DNA of 64,000 bases from Bacteroidota bacterium (lineage in GTDB: Bacteria; Bacteroidota; Ignavibacteria; SZUA-365). The notes beneath the pieces were generated by a model. It did not search any database. It saw only the letters and a list, made by a program, of their open reading frames with translations, and was not told the origin of the DNA. The stretch covers positions 33,201 through 97,200 of the forward strand of contig QKAF01000027.1 in the NCBI GenBank assembly GCA_003246455.1, read 5' to 3'. The position numbers and the translations under genes are program-made. Shown piece after piece: positions 47,587 to 58,090 of this stretch. Each line of letters begins with the position of its first letter. The stretch's first letter is position 1.

Positions 47587-49290
47587 ATGATTACCATCAC
47601 GATCGACGGCAAGGAAATTCAGACCGATCCTTCAAAGACCATCATCGAGGCGGCCTTCGAGAACGGGATTTACGTGCCGCATTTCTGCTGGCATCCCGCG
47701 CTCTCCATCAGCGGCAACTGCCGCATGTGCCTGGTGGAAGTGGAGAAGATGCCGAAGCAGGTGATCGCCTGCTCCACGCGATGCATGGACGGAATGGTCG
47801 TGCATGTGAATTCCGAAAAAGCGATCCAGGCCCGCGAAGCGGTCATGGAATTCATCCTCATCAATCATCCGCTTGACTGCCCGATCTGCGATGAAGCAGG
47901 GGAGTGCAAACTCCAGGACTACGCCTATCGCTTCAGCGTGGGAGAAAGCCGGTTCGACGAGGAAAAGCAGCACAAGCACAAACGGGTCGAACTCGGGCCG
48001 CAGGTCATGTTCGACGGCGAGCGCTGCATCTCCTGTTCCCGCTGTATCCGTTTCTGTGAGGACATCGTCGGGTACCCGCAGCTCACTTTCGTCGAACGCG
48101 GCGACAACGTGACGATCGAAACATTCCCGGGCAAGAAGCTGGACAATCCCTACTCGATGAACGTCGTCGATATCTGTCCCGTCGGTGCGCTGACCAGCAG
48201 GGACTTCCGTTTCAAGGCCCGCGCATGGGACATGTCGGACACCGCAGGCGTGTGTCCGGGCTGCGCGCGCGGCTGCAACATGGACATGTGGGTGCGGCAG
48301 AACACCATTCTTCGGCTGACACCGCGCGAAAACCAGGAAGTGAACAATTTCTGGATGTGCGACAAGGGGCGTCTCGACAGCTTCGCAGCCGTCAGCGCCG
48401 AGAGCCGCATCGAACAGCCGCTGCTCCGCAAGGAAGGCGTACAGACTCCGGTGGGCTGGGACGAAGCGCTGGCATCCGCCGCCTCGGACCTGCGCACATA
48501 CAAGAGCGAGCAGATCGCGGTCATCGCCTCCGGGCATGACACCTGCGAGGACAATTACCTCGCCGCCCGTTTCGCCAAGGAAGTGCTCAAGACGCCGTAT
48601 CTCGACGTTCTCCCGCATGTGCAGCCGGGCGATCAGGATGAGTTCCTGCTTCGCGAGGACAAGACGCCGAATACCGCGGGCGCGCGCCTCGCGGGGGTGG
48701 TCCCCGCGGATGCCGACCACGGGCTTGCGCAGATCATCGAAGGGCTTCGTCAGGGACGCATCAAGGCAGTGGTCGTCAGTGACGTCCAGGCCGCTTCGCA
48801 TCCCGAGTTCATGGAAGCACTGGGCAAGGCCCAGTACGTCCTTGCGATCGTAAGCAATCAGTCCGCTCTGACTGATCGTGCCGATGCCGTGCTCAGCGCC
48901 TCCACGTTCGCGGAAAAGCTGGGCACCTTCCTCAACTTCGAACAGCAGCTGCAGCTGATCCGTCCTTCGATCACGACATCGGAGAACGCGCGGTGGACGG
49001 GAGCATTTTCCGTCAGCCGTCTCGACAAGTTCGCCAGTGAATTCGATCGCTGGGGCCGTGCGAAAAAATACGACGCACGTTCGGCCGGACGCATCTATGC
49101 CAATCTCGGCATGCTGATGGGCGCCAAATGGAAATACGATCATCCTGAAGATATCTTTGAAGAAATGACCGGACGCATCGAAGCTCTCAAAGGGCTTTCG
49201 TACGAGCGGCTCGGACGCTGGGGCGTGCGCCTTTCGGGTGCGCAGCCTTCGCACATGCTTCCGTACGTGTACAGTGACGTTCGATCATAA
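47587..49290 (+). CDS. nuoG: NADH-quinone oxidoreductase subunit G-like (short form).
   Basis: N-terminal 2Fe-2S (CRMCLVEV) and HPLDCPICDEAGECKLQD [4Fe-4S] motifs typical of NuoG/Nqo3. Positioned directly before nuoH. Confidence 0.75.
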   Translation: MITITIDGKEIQTDPSKTIIEAAFENGIYVPHFCWHPALSISGNCRMCLVEVEKMPKQVIACSTRCMDGMVVHVNSEKAIQAREAVMEFILINHPLDCPICDEAGECKLQDYAYRFSVGESRFDEEKQHKHKRVELGPQVMFDGERCISCSRCIRFCEDIVGYPQLTFVERGDNVTIETFPGKKLDNPYSMNVVDICPVGALTSRDFRFKARAWDMSDTAGVCPGCARGCNMDMWVRQNTILRLTPRENQEVNNFWMCDKGRLDSFAAVSAESRIEQPLLRKEGVQTPVGWDEALASAASDLRTYKSEQIAVIASGHDTCEDNYLAARFAKEVLKTPYLDVLPHVQPGDQDEFLLREDKTPNTAGARLAGVVPADADHGLAQIIEGLRQGRIKAVVVSDVQAASHPEFMEALGKAQYVLAIVSNQSALTDRADAVLSASTFAEKLGTFLNFEQQLQLIRPSITTSENARWTGAFSVSRLDKFASEFDRWGRAKKYDARSAGRIYANLGMLMGAKWKYDHPEDIFEEMTGRIEALKGLSYERLGRWGVRLSGAQPSHMLPYVYSDVRS

Positions 49291-49304
49291 GCCGGGCAGG
49301 AACC

Positions 49305-50333
49305 ATGGAATTTACCGACATCCTCATATCCCTGATCAAGATCATCGTCATGTTCGTGGTGGTGCTGGTCACCGTTGCGGAGCTTGTCTACACCGAGCGC
49401 AAGATCAGCGCGTGGATTCAGAACCGCATCGGTCCGAACCGGGTGGGGTGGAAAGGACTGCTTCAGCCCTACGCGGACGTGATCAAGCTCCTGCTCAAGG
49501 AAGACATCGTCCCGACCGCCGCGAACAAATTCATCCACACGCTAGCGCCGGTCATTTCGATCGGGGTCGCGTTCAGCACGCTCGCCGTCGTTCCCATCGC
49601 GGGAGAAACCATTTCCATGTTCGGGCGTGAGGTCCAGATGGTGATTGCCGACGTGAACATCGGCATCCTTTACATCCTGGCGCTGACATCCATGGGCGTT
49701 TACGGACTGACGCTCAGCGGCTGGTCATCGAACAACAAGTACTCCCTGCTCGGCGGACTTCGTTCGTCCGCACAGATGATTTCATACGAACTTTCGATGG
49801 GCCTGAGTGTCATCGGGGTCGTCATGGTCACCGGTTCGCTGCAGCTCACCGACGTAGTGACGCATCAGGCGGGCTGGATGTGGAACATGGTCTTGCAGCC
49901 GGTCGGCTTCATCACCTTCGTGGTCGCCGCGTTCGCGGAGACGAATCGCACCCCGTTCGACCTCCCTGAAGCGGAGCCGGAACTGGTGGGCGGCTACCAT
50001 ACCGAGTACAGCAGTTTCAAATTCGCGCTCTTTTTCCTCGCCGAGTATGCAAACATGATCACGGCCAGTGCGGTGATCACCACGCTCTATCTCGGTGGGT
50101 GGCAGGTGCCGTACCTTGAGCTGCTGCAGCTTCCGTCGGGCATCGTCGTCGCATTGCAGATTCTGGCCTTCGTCGTCAAGGTCGCGTTCATGCTCTTCGT
50201 CTTCCAGTGGGTCCGCTGGACCGTGCCCCGTTTCCGCTACGACCAGCTGATGGATCTCGGCTGGAAAGTCATGCTCCCGATCGCACTCGCGAATGTGATC
50301 GCCACGGGAATTGTCATTCTGCTGATTTCGTGA
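49305..50333 (+). CDS. nuoH: NADH-quinone oxidoreductase subunit H.
   Basis: Polytopic. Conserved WIQNRIGPNRVGWKGLLQPYADVIKLLLKED and EAEPELVGGYHTEYS blocks. Confidence 0.9.
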   Translation: MEFTDILISLIKIIVMFVVVLVTVAELVYTERKISAWIQNRIGPNRVGWKGLLQPYADVIKLLLKEDIVPTAANKFIHTLAPVISIGVAFSTLAVVPIAGETISMFGREVQMVIADVNIGILYILALTSMGVYGLTLSGWSSNNKYSLLGGLRSSAQMISYELSMGLSVIGVVMVTGSLQLTDVVTHQAGWMWNMVLQPVGFITFVVAAFAETNRTPFDLPEAEPELVGGYHTEYSSFKFALFFLAEYANMITASAVITTLYLGGWQVPYLELLQLPSGIVVALQILAFVVKVAFMLFVFQWVRWTVPRFRYDQLMDLGWKVMLPIALANVIATGIVILLIS

Positions 50334-50354
50334 TTCGAGAAGAAAGGACAGGCC

Positions 50355-50852
50355 ATGCAAGCGCAGACGCAAGATAAATACACGCTAACCTTCTGGGAGA
50401 AGCTCTACATTCCCGAGATTCTCAAAGGGATGAAGCTGACGTTCGGCCAGATGGTGAAGAAGAAAGACACCCGCGAGTATCCCGAAGAAAAGTGGATTCC
50501 GCCTGCATCATACCGCGGTGCGCCCGTCCTCGTGCAGGAGGAAAACGGCATCGAGCGCTGTGTCGCCTGCGGACTCTGTTCGCGGGTCTGCCCCGCGCTC
50601 GCGATCGAGGTGCAGGCCGCGGAAACCGCGGATGAGAAAGAGCGCTATCCCGAGCGTTTCGAGATCAACATGCTTCGCTGCATTTTCTGCGGATTCTGCG
50701 AAGAAGTGTGTCCCGAGGAAGCGATCGTCATGAGTCCCACCTACGAAATGGTGTTCACCGACTACGAAGACGCCATTCTCGGAAAGGATAAACTGCTCAC
50801 GCCGGTGGAGAAGCTTCGTCCCCGCCTTGAATTTCTCCGCGAGCACCGTTAA
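50355..50852 (+). CDS. nuoI: NADH-quinone oxidoreductase subunit I (2x[4Fe-4S]).
   Basis: CVACGLCSRVCP and CIFCGFCEEVCP motifs. Confidence 0.9.
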   Translation: MQAQTQDKYTLTFWEKLYIPEILKGMKLTFGQMVKKKDTREYPEEKWIPPASYRGAPVLVQEENGIERCVACGLCSRVCPALAIEVQAAETADEKERYPERFEINMLRCIFCGFCEEVCPEEAIVMSPTYEMVFTDYEDAILGKDKLLTPVEKLRPRLEFLREHR

Positions 50853-50862
50853 TCGCATCCCG

Positions 50863-52635
50863 GTGGCCTCCGCGGTTCCCCGCATATATCGATTTCTGGT
50901 AATATCGTCCCTTCTCGGGGCGATATTCCTTTTTCATGGCTGTCTCAGTCTCATCGACGGTATTATCATTCCCGCCCAGGTCAGTCTCGATCAGGAATTC
51001 CTGGTCGCGGTGGACGGCTCCGTGATCGGACACGGGGGCGGAATGGCAGGGCTTGTGGTCCAGGTGCCGGAGAGTTTCGAATTCCTGGGAGCGACGTACG
51101 TCACCTCGTCCGCCAGAAGGGTGCTTCGCCGAAACGGAAACGTGGCCGCGCGCTATCGCGCCGAGAAGGGACACGTGGTGATCGCGGTGGGAGACAGCAT
51201 TCCCTCGAGCAGGGAAACCGACGCGGACGTCCGTGTGCTGCTGCGCTTCGTGCCGAAACAGGCAGGACCTTTTACCGTCAAGTTTGCCAGCGGCGTCGTC
51301 GTCATGCAGAACGGCCGTCTTGCGTGGCGGAGCACGGATCCGGCGGATCTCCGGGATTTCGGCGAGTTGACGGACGAGCGCCTCGTGCGCACGCTGCAGG
51401 TGGTGTACGCGGAGCGGAACGGGACGGCGGCCATCGAACTGGCCGGAAACCGCCAGCATCTGCTGTGTCCCGACAGCGGGCTTTTCCGTCTGCCGCTCGA
51501 CCGCGATTTCACCATCGAGACCTGGTGTGCGACCGTTTCGACAGATGCGCCGCTGATCAGTTCGCGTCCTGACGATTTCAACACGGCCTTCCCGTTCGAA
51601 CTGCGCATATCATCATGGGGAGAAGCGCAGGTGCGCTGTGCCGACGGGCACCACTCGTGGTCGAGTGAGCGGGGGCCTTTCATCGCCGACGGAATGTGGC
51701 ATCATCTTGCGGTCTCATGGTGCAGCGACAGTCTCCGCTACGTGCTCTACGTCGACGGCCACGCGGCAGATACGCTCGCGGTCCCTGAACTGATGCGGGG
51801 AGTTTCCGCAGACCAGCTCGTCATCGGGACAAATCTTCCCCGCACCCAGTTCGTCCGTGCGTCGTTCGACGAACTTCGTCTGTGGGAAACCTGTCGCAAC
51901 GAGCAGGAAATAGCGTATTACCGCGACCTCGCCCTGAGCGGATACGAAACCAACCTCTACGTGCTCTTTTCGTTCGATAACGGGACAGACGGGCACATCG
52001 CCGGGCAGTCGCAGCTCGACAGCCTGTGGCTCTTCGCGTACAACAAACCGCGCCTGGTCGTTTCCACCACGCCGCTGCGCATCGAGCTTCTTGCATTCAA
52101 TGCGGTTCTCGACGAAGACAGCGTCCGGATGAGCTGGGAGACCTACGACGAATCGAAGGTTCGCGGATACGAGGTCGAGAAGCGGCTCGAATCGGGAAAG
52201 TACACCGTGATACATCACATCGAGCCGCTGCGGACGGCGGAACGGCATCAGGAGTACGCCGTCACCGACAACTGGCGGGGGCGCGAAATCGCTTACTACC
52301 GGCTGCGGAAGCTCAATACTGACGGGACCGTTCTGTTTTCCGAGGAGGTCCCGATCGGCACGGAGACCATCCTGAATTTCGTGCTGGAGGACAACGTGCC
52401 GAATCCGTTCACCGAGAGCACGGAAATCCGCTACACGCTGTCGAAGCGCACGCGTGTCGACCTCACCGTGTACGACATCATGGGCAGTGAAATCCGGGTG
52501 CTGGTTTCGGAACGGCAGGAGGCCGGCAGTTACACCGTCGCCTTTGACGGGAGCGATCTTCCGGGCGGGATGTATTTTTACAAAATGCGTACAAGTACTG
52601 GTTCCCAAACAAAAAAGATGTATCTTGCCAAGTGA
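50863..52635 (+). CDS. LamG/concanavalin-A-like-lectin-domain protein with T9SS C-terminal sorting domain.
   Basis: Probable GTG start (VASAVPRIYRFLVISSLLGAIFLFHGC). The LamG-like block contains WHHLAVSW. CTD LEDNVPNPFTESTEIRYTL...GMYFYKMRT. The table ORF start inside nuoI is rejected. Confidence 0.55.
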   Translation: MASAVPRIYRFLVISSLLGAIFLFHGCLSLIDGIIIPAQVSLDQEFLVAVDGSVIGHGGGMAGLVVQVPESFEFLGATYVTSSARRVLRRNGNVAARYRAEKGHVVIAVGDSIPSSRETDADVRVLLRFVPKQAGPFTVKFASGVVVMQNGRLAWRSTDPADLRDFGELTDERLVRTLQVVYAERNGTAAIELAGNRQHLLCPDSGLFRLPLDRDFTIETWCATVSTDAPLISSRPDDFNTAFPFELRISSWGEAQVRCADGHHSWSSERGPFIADGMWHHLAVSWCSDSLRYVLYVDGHAADTLAVPELMRGVSADQLVIGTNLPRTQFVRASFDELRLWETCRNEQEIAYYRDLALSGYETNLYVLFSFDNGTDGHIAGQSQLDSLWLFAYNKPRLVVSTTPLRIELLAFNAVLDEDSVRMSWETYDESKVRGYEVEKRLESGKYTVIHHIEPLRTAERHQEYAVTDNWRGREIAYYRLRKLNTDGTVLFSEEVPIGTETILNFVLEDNVPNPFTESTEIRYTLSKRTRVDLTVYDIMGSEIRVLVSERQEAGSYTVAFDGSDLPGGMYFYKMRTSTGSQTKKMYLAK

Positions 52636-52923
52636 AATTCTCGGGGAAAATAGGACGTACCGCGGTACACCCGTGTGCTGTTTTCCCGCAGAAAAACAGC
52701 TTGACATTCGTAGCCCCCGTGGTTAATTTTATCTTTATTATACTTACATGACGTTTATTTGCGGAGATGCAGCAACAATATTTCGGAGAAGCGAATGTTT
52801 GGGACTCCCGTTTCAATCATTCTTCATGGCGCATCTTCGCCGACATGCTGAATCTGCGAGCGATACAAGTAAAGTGATGAACCATATCAGCTCAATTATT
52901 CCCCAACTGCCAGGAGGTATTTC

Positions 52924-55900
52924 ATGAGGAAGTTGACTCTTCTTTCAGCAGTATTTCTTCTCGGCGTACTGCTTACGCAGGTGGGCTTTGCGAACGGAAC
53001 GTACAAGTACGTAAGCAAACCGCACCTTCGTATCCAAGCCGGCCAGACGACTATCGACGCCATCTACGTTCCCGTGAACGTCGCGGTGTCCGATGTGCGT
53101 GTCGGTGTGTACGCCAAGACCATCATGTATTCTTCGTTGCGTATCACGCTCGTTTCGCCGTACGGCAACGAAGTGGTACTGAAGCAGGAGAGCGGAAATC
53201 CCGCGGCGACGCCGCTGTTTGGTTCGCTCGGTTCGAGCCGTTCGATGGCTCTTTTCCAGCAGGGTGGCAATCCTCTTGGCGCTCAGCCCAACGATCGCAC
53301 GCTCAACACCGCAACTTCGCTGAGCGCGCTCAACGGCGTGCTCTCCGCAGGCTGGTGGCAGATCAAGGTGGTTGACGAGCGTAATTATGCAGCATCTGCT
53401 CCTCCGCAGGATGGTTTCCTCGAAGAGTGGAGCCTGATGTTCAACCGCCAGATCATCGAAGCGGTGCAGCCGTTCAATCCCCCCGTCAATCTCGTGTTCC
53501 CGGGCGGTTCCACCATCCGTGGCCAGCTCAACGGTACGACCGCGACGCAGACGAATCCGAACCGCGCACAGATCCCCAATGAAAGCGGCAACCCCGGTCT
53601 CCTCTGCAACGGTGTCGGAAACGATCCGAGTGTCGTTCTCGGCGTGAACGGCGATGCATTCCCTGTCGTGATTTCCGGTCACCCCGGCGCGATCATCGGC
53701 CAGAATGCAAATGGGTATCCCGCGGGTCGCTTCCGCGTGACCATCACTGTCGAGACCAACTTTGCTCCCGGCAGCACGTTCATTACCGGTCTTACCGAAG
53801 ATATCGCGATTTATTTCGGTCGCGTCGCTGACGGTCCCGGAATCCTGCCGCTTCCCGCGCCTCCCGGCGTTGGCGATCCCGGCTTCCAGGCAAAGAATGC
53901 CTCCGGTTGGCCGACTGGCGCCGGCACCGTCAACACCCTTCAGGGTGGTGCCAGCGGTCTGTACGGCGGCGTGCGTCTCGCAGCCTGCATCTCCCCGGTC
54001 CCCGGTGTTGATGAGTACGGTTACGATCGCGTGACCTTCGACGACTATGCATTCGATCAGATTGCTGAAAATCTGCCCGCAGGCCCGAACGGCGGTTTCG
54101 CCGGTACGTACCGTGGCGAGCAGATGCTGAACACCCTCAACGGCCAGCCCGTTGACGGACTCTACTATGTCTCCGTGTACGACTGCTTCAACGATGCGCA
54201 GCTTGGTTTCGGCCACATCCGTGTGACCTACCTCCAGGTCGAGTACATCGTCGGCGGCGGCGAAGTTTCCGATCCGACCCGCCATCAGGGCTTTGTCGGT
54301 CCGCTCATGGGCGTGCCCATTCCGGGTGGGTTCACGGGTTCGGCACTCGGCTACCTGACGGATGTCGTTGGCGTGGTTCCGCCGTACAAGGAAAACGCAA
54401 AGGACCAGGATCCGATCCTCGTTTTCTGGGCAACCCAGAAGATGTATCCGAAGGATGCGACCGGTACCGAGCGTATCATGGCCGTTGATCAGAACAACTA
54501 TGCGCCGCCTTCGGCAACGCATTATCATGGTCCCTACGCATACCCGGGCGCGCTTGACGCAGATCCTCTCGTCGCCGGCGCATTCGTGAACGCGGACGTG
54601 CTCATTGTTCCGAAGGGCGATTATAATCTGCGCGTGAACCTCATGCAGGCACGCTATGATGACGACCTCGCCGACAACGAATTCGAGTCTTCGATGATCA
54701 ATGTCAACGACGTCTCTCTTTCGTACCACGGCAATCAGGTTGTTCAGTGGAACAGCTTCATCAATCCGCTCAACACCGGCGTGCTCGCCTCTGCGACGCT
54801 CGCTCCGGGCCAGGGCCTTGGTGATGCATTCACGCTGTTCAAATACCCGACCACGCAGGTTGCCAGCGTTGATTACCGCTTTGACCGCGGTCTGGTTCTC
54901 ACCCCGCGTGCACGCGTCCGCGCGACCGTCTGGGCATGCAACAACGGCTACGCCGGAGCGCCGACCACAGTCGTCGCCCGTTCGCCGTACGTCAACATGA
55001 ACGAGTACATTGAAGGCAACTGGCGCACCTTCCCGATCTACCCGATCGACGCCAACGGCAATGCGGACATCGCAGCCGGCGGTTCGGTGAACCTCGCCCC
55101 GGGTACCTACGTTGTCACCATCGACAACGGCGATAACCAGGGTGGCCTGTTCCTCGTGTACCCGTACACCTACGGTGTCATCCCCGCACTCGCGGATCGC
55201 TACGAGGATTATCTCTTCGGCGACCTGTTCGGTCCGCTCGGTCCGTACTCGACGCTCGGAACCCGTATGACCTATATCAACACGGACAATACCTCGGCCC
55301 CGAATCTTTCGTTCGGTACCGCCAACACGACGTATGCAAACTTCGTCGCTCCGATCCGTGTCAATATGACTTCCCTTAATGACTTTGCAGTCAACTACGT
55401 GCGCTGGTCGAGCCAGACCTCGCATGACGAAGCCATCACTGTTGGTCAGCCCGTTACCCCGATCGTCAACGTGACCGCCGCTTCGACGCAGAACGGTCTC
55501 ACCAAGGACTTCAACATTTACCTGGCGGTGTACGACGGCGGGAACAACCTGCTGTACAGCGACATGGTGAACGTCGCCAATACCGGCGGTATCAACGGTT
55601 ACCAGACCCTTTCGATCAACCTGGATCCGTGGACGCCGCAGACCGGTGGCGTGTACAAAGTCAAGGCGTACTTCACGCGCAATCCTGACGATCAGAACCC
55701 GGTGAACGACATGGTCGAGTATGACCTCACGGTGCTTGCACAGCCCGTCGTCATGTTCGATCCCGGTGTGAGCTCTTCGCAGCTCAACGAGATGGTCGAG
55801 ATCCTCCGCAGCCGCGGTACCAATCCGGTGCTCGTCAATGCCAGCGAAGGCAATCTCTCCGCGTACAAGAACAGCACGATTTATGTTCTCGGCAATGTGA

Positions 55901-56658
55901 ACAGTGACCTCCTCACTCCTGCAATTGCCGCGGGCAACGATATCGCGTTCGTGTACGATCGCAGCGAAAAGGTCGGAACCACGATCCAGGCGATCGACGG
56001 TCTCTACGGCATCACTCGTGCCGCCAAGGTCGATTACTCCAACCTCGAGCTCGCAGCAACCCTGAAGGTCGATCCCAATGCGGTTCCTGACCAGCAGGTG
56101 AAGACCATCGAGCTTCCCGAATTCAGTTCCAAGGAAGATGTGCTGTCCTACATCGCCTCCCAGGATCTGAAGGTCGAAGCACCGGCATCCATGAAGAAGG
56201 ATCGCGTCAATGCAACCAGCTTTGACAACGTGATCTCTGTTGCGACCGGAAGCAAGTACGGTGATATCCGCTTTACCAGCGAGAACATGGGTTCCCTGGG
56301 TGTGATCTACACCTTCCCGGCAAACCGTACGGCGACCGTTGGTCAGCCGCCGGTTACCCCGTCGGGCTTTGCTCTCGAGCAGAACTTCCCGAACCCGTTC
56401 AATCCCTCGACCGTCATTACCTACGCACTGCCTGAGGCAAGTGTCGTGACCCTGCGCATCATCGATGTGCTCGGCCGCGATATCGCGACCCTCGTCAGCA
56501 GCACGCAGAATGCCGGTACCTATTCCATCAACTGGAAGGGTATGGATCAGAACGGCGTCGACGTTCCCTCCGGCAGCTACTTCTACCGTCTCGACGCGAC
56601 GCCGACCTCCGGTGCCGCTGCCTTCTCGAGCACGAAGAAGATGGTGCTGTCCAAGTAA
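52924..56658 (+). CDS. Giant (1244 aa) secreted T9SS C-terminal-sorting-domain protein.
   Basis: Signal peptide MRKLTLLSAVFLLGVLLTQVGFA. CTD LEQNFPNPFNPSTVITYAL...GSYFYRLDAT. RBS ccaggagg. Confidence 0.7.
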   Translation: MRKLTLLSAVFLLGVLLTQVGFANGTYKYVSKPHLRIQAGQTTIDAIYVPVNVAVSDVRVGVYAKTIMYSSLRITLVSPYGNEVVLKQESGNPAATPLFGSLGSSRSMALFQQGGNPLGAQPNDRTLNTATSLSALNGVLSAGWWQIKVVDERNYAASAPPQDGFLEEWSLMFNRQIIEAVQPFNPPVNLVFPGGSTIRGQLNGTTATQTNPNRAQIPNESGNPGLLCNGVGNDPSVVLGVNGDAFPVVISGHPGAIIGQNANGYPAGRFRVTITVETNFAPGSTFITGLTEDIAIYFGRVADGPGILPLPAPPGVGDPGFQAKNASGWPTGAGTVNTLQGGASGLYGGVRLAACISPVPGVDEYGYDRVTFDDYAFDQIAENLPAGPNGGFAGTYRGEQMLNTLNGQPVDGLYYVSVYDCFNDAQLGFGHIRVTYLQVEYIVGGGEVSDPTRHQGFVGPLMGVPIPGGFTGSALGYLTDVVGVVPPYKENAKDQDPILVFWATQKMYPKDATGTERIMAVDQNNYAPPSATHYHGPYAYPGALDADPLVAGAFVNADVLIVPKGDYNLRVNLMQARYDDDLADNEFESSMINVNDVSLSYHGNQVVQWNSFINPLNTGVLASATLAPGQGLGDAFTLFKYPTTQVASVDYRFDRGLVLTPRARVRATVWACNNGYAGAPTTVVARSPYVNMNEYIEGNWRTFPIYPIDANGNADIAAGGSVNLAPGTYVVTIDNGDNQGGLFLVYPYTYGVIPALADRYEDYLFGDLFGPLGPYSTLGTRMTYINTDNTSAPNLSFGTANTTYANFVAPIRVNMTSLNDFAVNYVRWSSQTSHDEAITVGQPVTPIVNVTAASTQNGLTKDFNIYLAVYDGGNNLLYSDMVNVANTGGINGYQTLSINLDPWTPQTGGVYKVKAYFTRNPDDQNPVNDMVEYDLTVLAQPVVMFDPGVSSSQLNEMVEILRSRGTNPVLVNASEGNLSAYKNSTIYVLGNVNSDLLTPAIAAGNDIAFVYDRSEKVGTTIQAIDGLYGITRAAKVDYSNLELAATLKVDPNAVPDQQVKTIELPEFSSKEDVLSYIASQDLKVEAPASMKKDRVNATSFDNVISVATGSKYGDIRFTSENMGSLGVIYTFPANRTATVGQPPVTPSGFALEQNFPNPFNPSTVITYALPEASVVTLRIIDVLGRDIATLVSSTQNAGTYSINWKGMDQNGVDVPSGSYFYRLDATPTSGAAAFSSTKKMVLSK

Positions 56659-56697
56659 GCGGCGGATTCCCCGCATACTAGACAGGAACAGCTGATT

Positions 56698-56733
56698 GAA
56701 AGCGCCTCCGGTTACCGGAGGCGCTTTCGTTTT
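56698..56733 (+). terminator. Rho-independent terminator after the giant T9SS cargo gene.
   Basis: AGCGCCTCCGG-tta-CCGGAGGCGCT plus TTCGTTTT. Confidence 0.7.
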
Positions 56734-56860
56734 GTACGGGGAAGATTGCGCGTCGCGATGCGTCGTGCAGGGACGGAAGGTGCGCGTATTCAGATTGGTT
56801 TGGCAAGTTTACCGGGGAATGCGTACTTTTAATTTTTCGAGTACCAATGATGGATCCCGC

Positions 56861-58081
56861 ATGCGTATAGGAATTCTTGTCGCTGTTTTCTGCGGCCTTC
56901 TGCCGTCCTTCTCAGCATCCTCCCAGGTTCTCTGTGACCCGCTCTCGTACTACAATACGAACGGGCAGGAGGTCGTATACCGGCACGCCGTTCCCACGCC
57001 CTGGTTCGCTGTCCGTATGTCGGCGGAATGGGTTGCGACAGTGGACACAGCCTATATCGGCATGGGGGTCGAGCGCGGCCCGTCGAGCGGAAGCAGACCC
57101 GACACGCTGGAAGTGCGCGTTCTCGGGAATCAGCTCCCGTCGGTTTTCGTTCTCGATCAGTTCCTCGCCCTGGTCACACCCAACATCCAGGGACAGGTTC
57201 CGGATGCCATGTATATTATCGAGTTCATCGTCGACAGTCCCATCGCATGGGTCGGACCGATGGAGGATTTCTATCTTGCCTGGCGTGTTCGCGGACCTTC
57301 AGGCGATATCGCGCGGACGCTGATGGTCAAGCCCGCGCTGGAGCCGCTCCGTTCCGTCGTCATCAATCCGAACAACAGTACCACGCTCGCGACCGATTTC
57401 ATGCGGACACAGCTGCAGCTCGCGATCCCGGATTCGGTAGAGTTCAAGTCCAACACGCATGTGTGCTGGCCGAACGGGAAACCGGTGGAACTGACGGCGT
57501 TTACCGCCAGATACGCAGACGGTGCGGCCGTTCTCGAATGGCTGACCGCCACCGAGGTCAACAACAGCGGCTTCAGCATCGAACGTCTGGCAGCGACTTC
57601 GGACCTGGGATCCATGAGACTCTGGCAGCGCATCGGGTTTGTCACGGGGAACGGCACAACCACGGAAGCCCAGTCCTATGCGTTCATCGACCCGCGTCCC
57701 GAGGAAGCGGCCGACAGCGAAGGGCTGGTGCACTACCGCCTGCGGCAGATCGACTATGACGGCACGGCGGAGACCTTTCCCGAAGTGGAGATACGGCTCC
57801 CGATATCAGCTGAATTCACGCTCGATCAGAGCTACCCGAACCCGGTTCAAGCGACGGCAGGGAGCGCGATCGTGACCTTCAACCTCCCGACCGCGCGCAC
57901 CGCCCGCCTCGAACTCTTCGACGCGCTGGGACGCTCGCTCAACGTGGTCGCAGACCGGAATTTCCCTGCGGGGAAACACTCACTCGATATTCCCGTCGGC
58001 GGACTCCGAAGCGGCCTGTATTTCTACCGTCTGACCTCGAGCGGCAAGACACTCACACGCCGTCTCACGGTCGTTGAGTAA
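56861..58081 (+). CDS. Secreted T9SS C-terminal-sorting-domain protein (406 aa).
   Basis: Signal peptide MRIGILVAVFCGLLPSFSASSQ. CTD LDQSYPNPVQATAGSAIVTFNL...GLYFYRLTSSGKTLTRRLTVVE. The upstream table start lies inside the terminator hairpin and is rejected. Confidence 0.65.
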   Translation: MRIGILVAVFCGLLPSFSASSQVLCDPLSYYNTNGQEVVYRHAVPTPWFAVRMSAEWVATVDTAYIGMGVERGPSSGSRPDTLEVRVLGNQLPSVFVLDQFLALVTPNIQGQVPDAMYIIEFIVDSPIAWVGPMEDFYLAWRVRGPSGDIARTLMVKPALEPLRSVVINPNNSTTLATDFMRTQLQLAIPDSVEFKSNTHVCWPNGKPVELTAFTARYADGAAVLEWLTATEVNNSGFSIERLAATSDLGSMRLWQRIGFVTGNGTTTEAQSYAFIDPRPEEAADSEGLVHYRLRQIDYDGTAETFPEVEIRLPISAEFTLDQSYPNPVQATAGSAIVTFNLPTARTARLELFDALGRSLNVVADRNFPAGKHSLDIPVGGLRSGLYFYRLTSSGKTLTRRLTVVE

Positions 58082-58090
58082 ATCCAGAAA

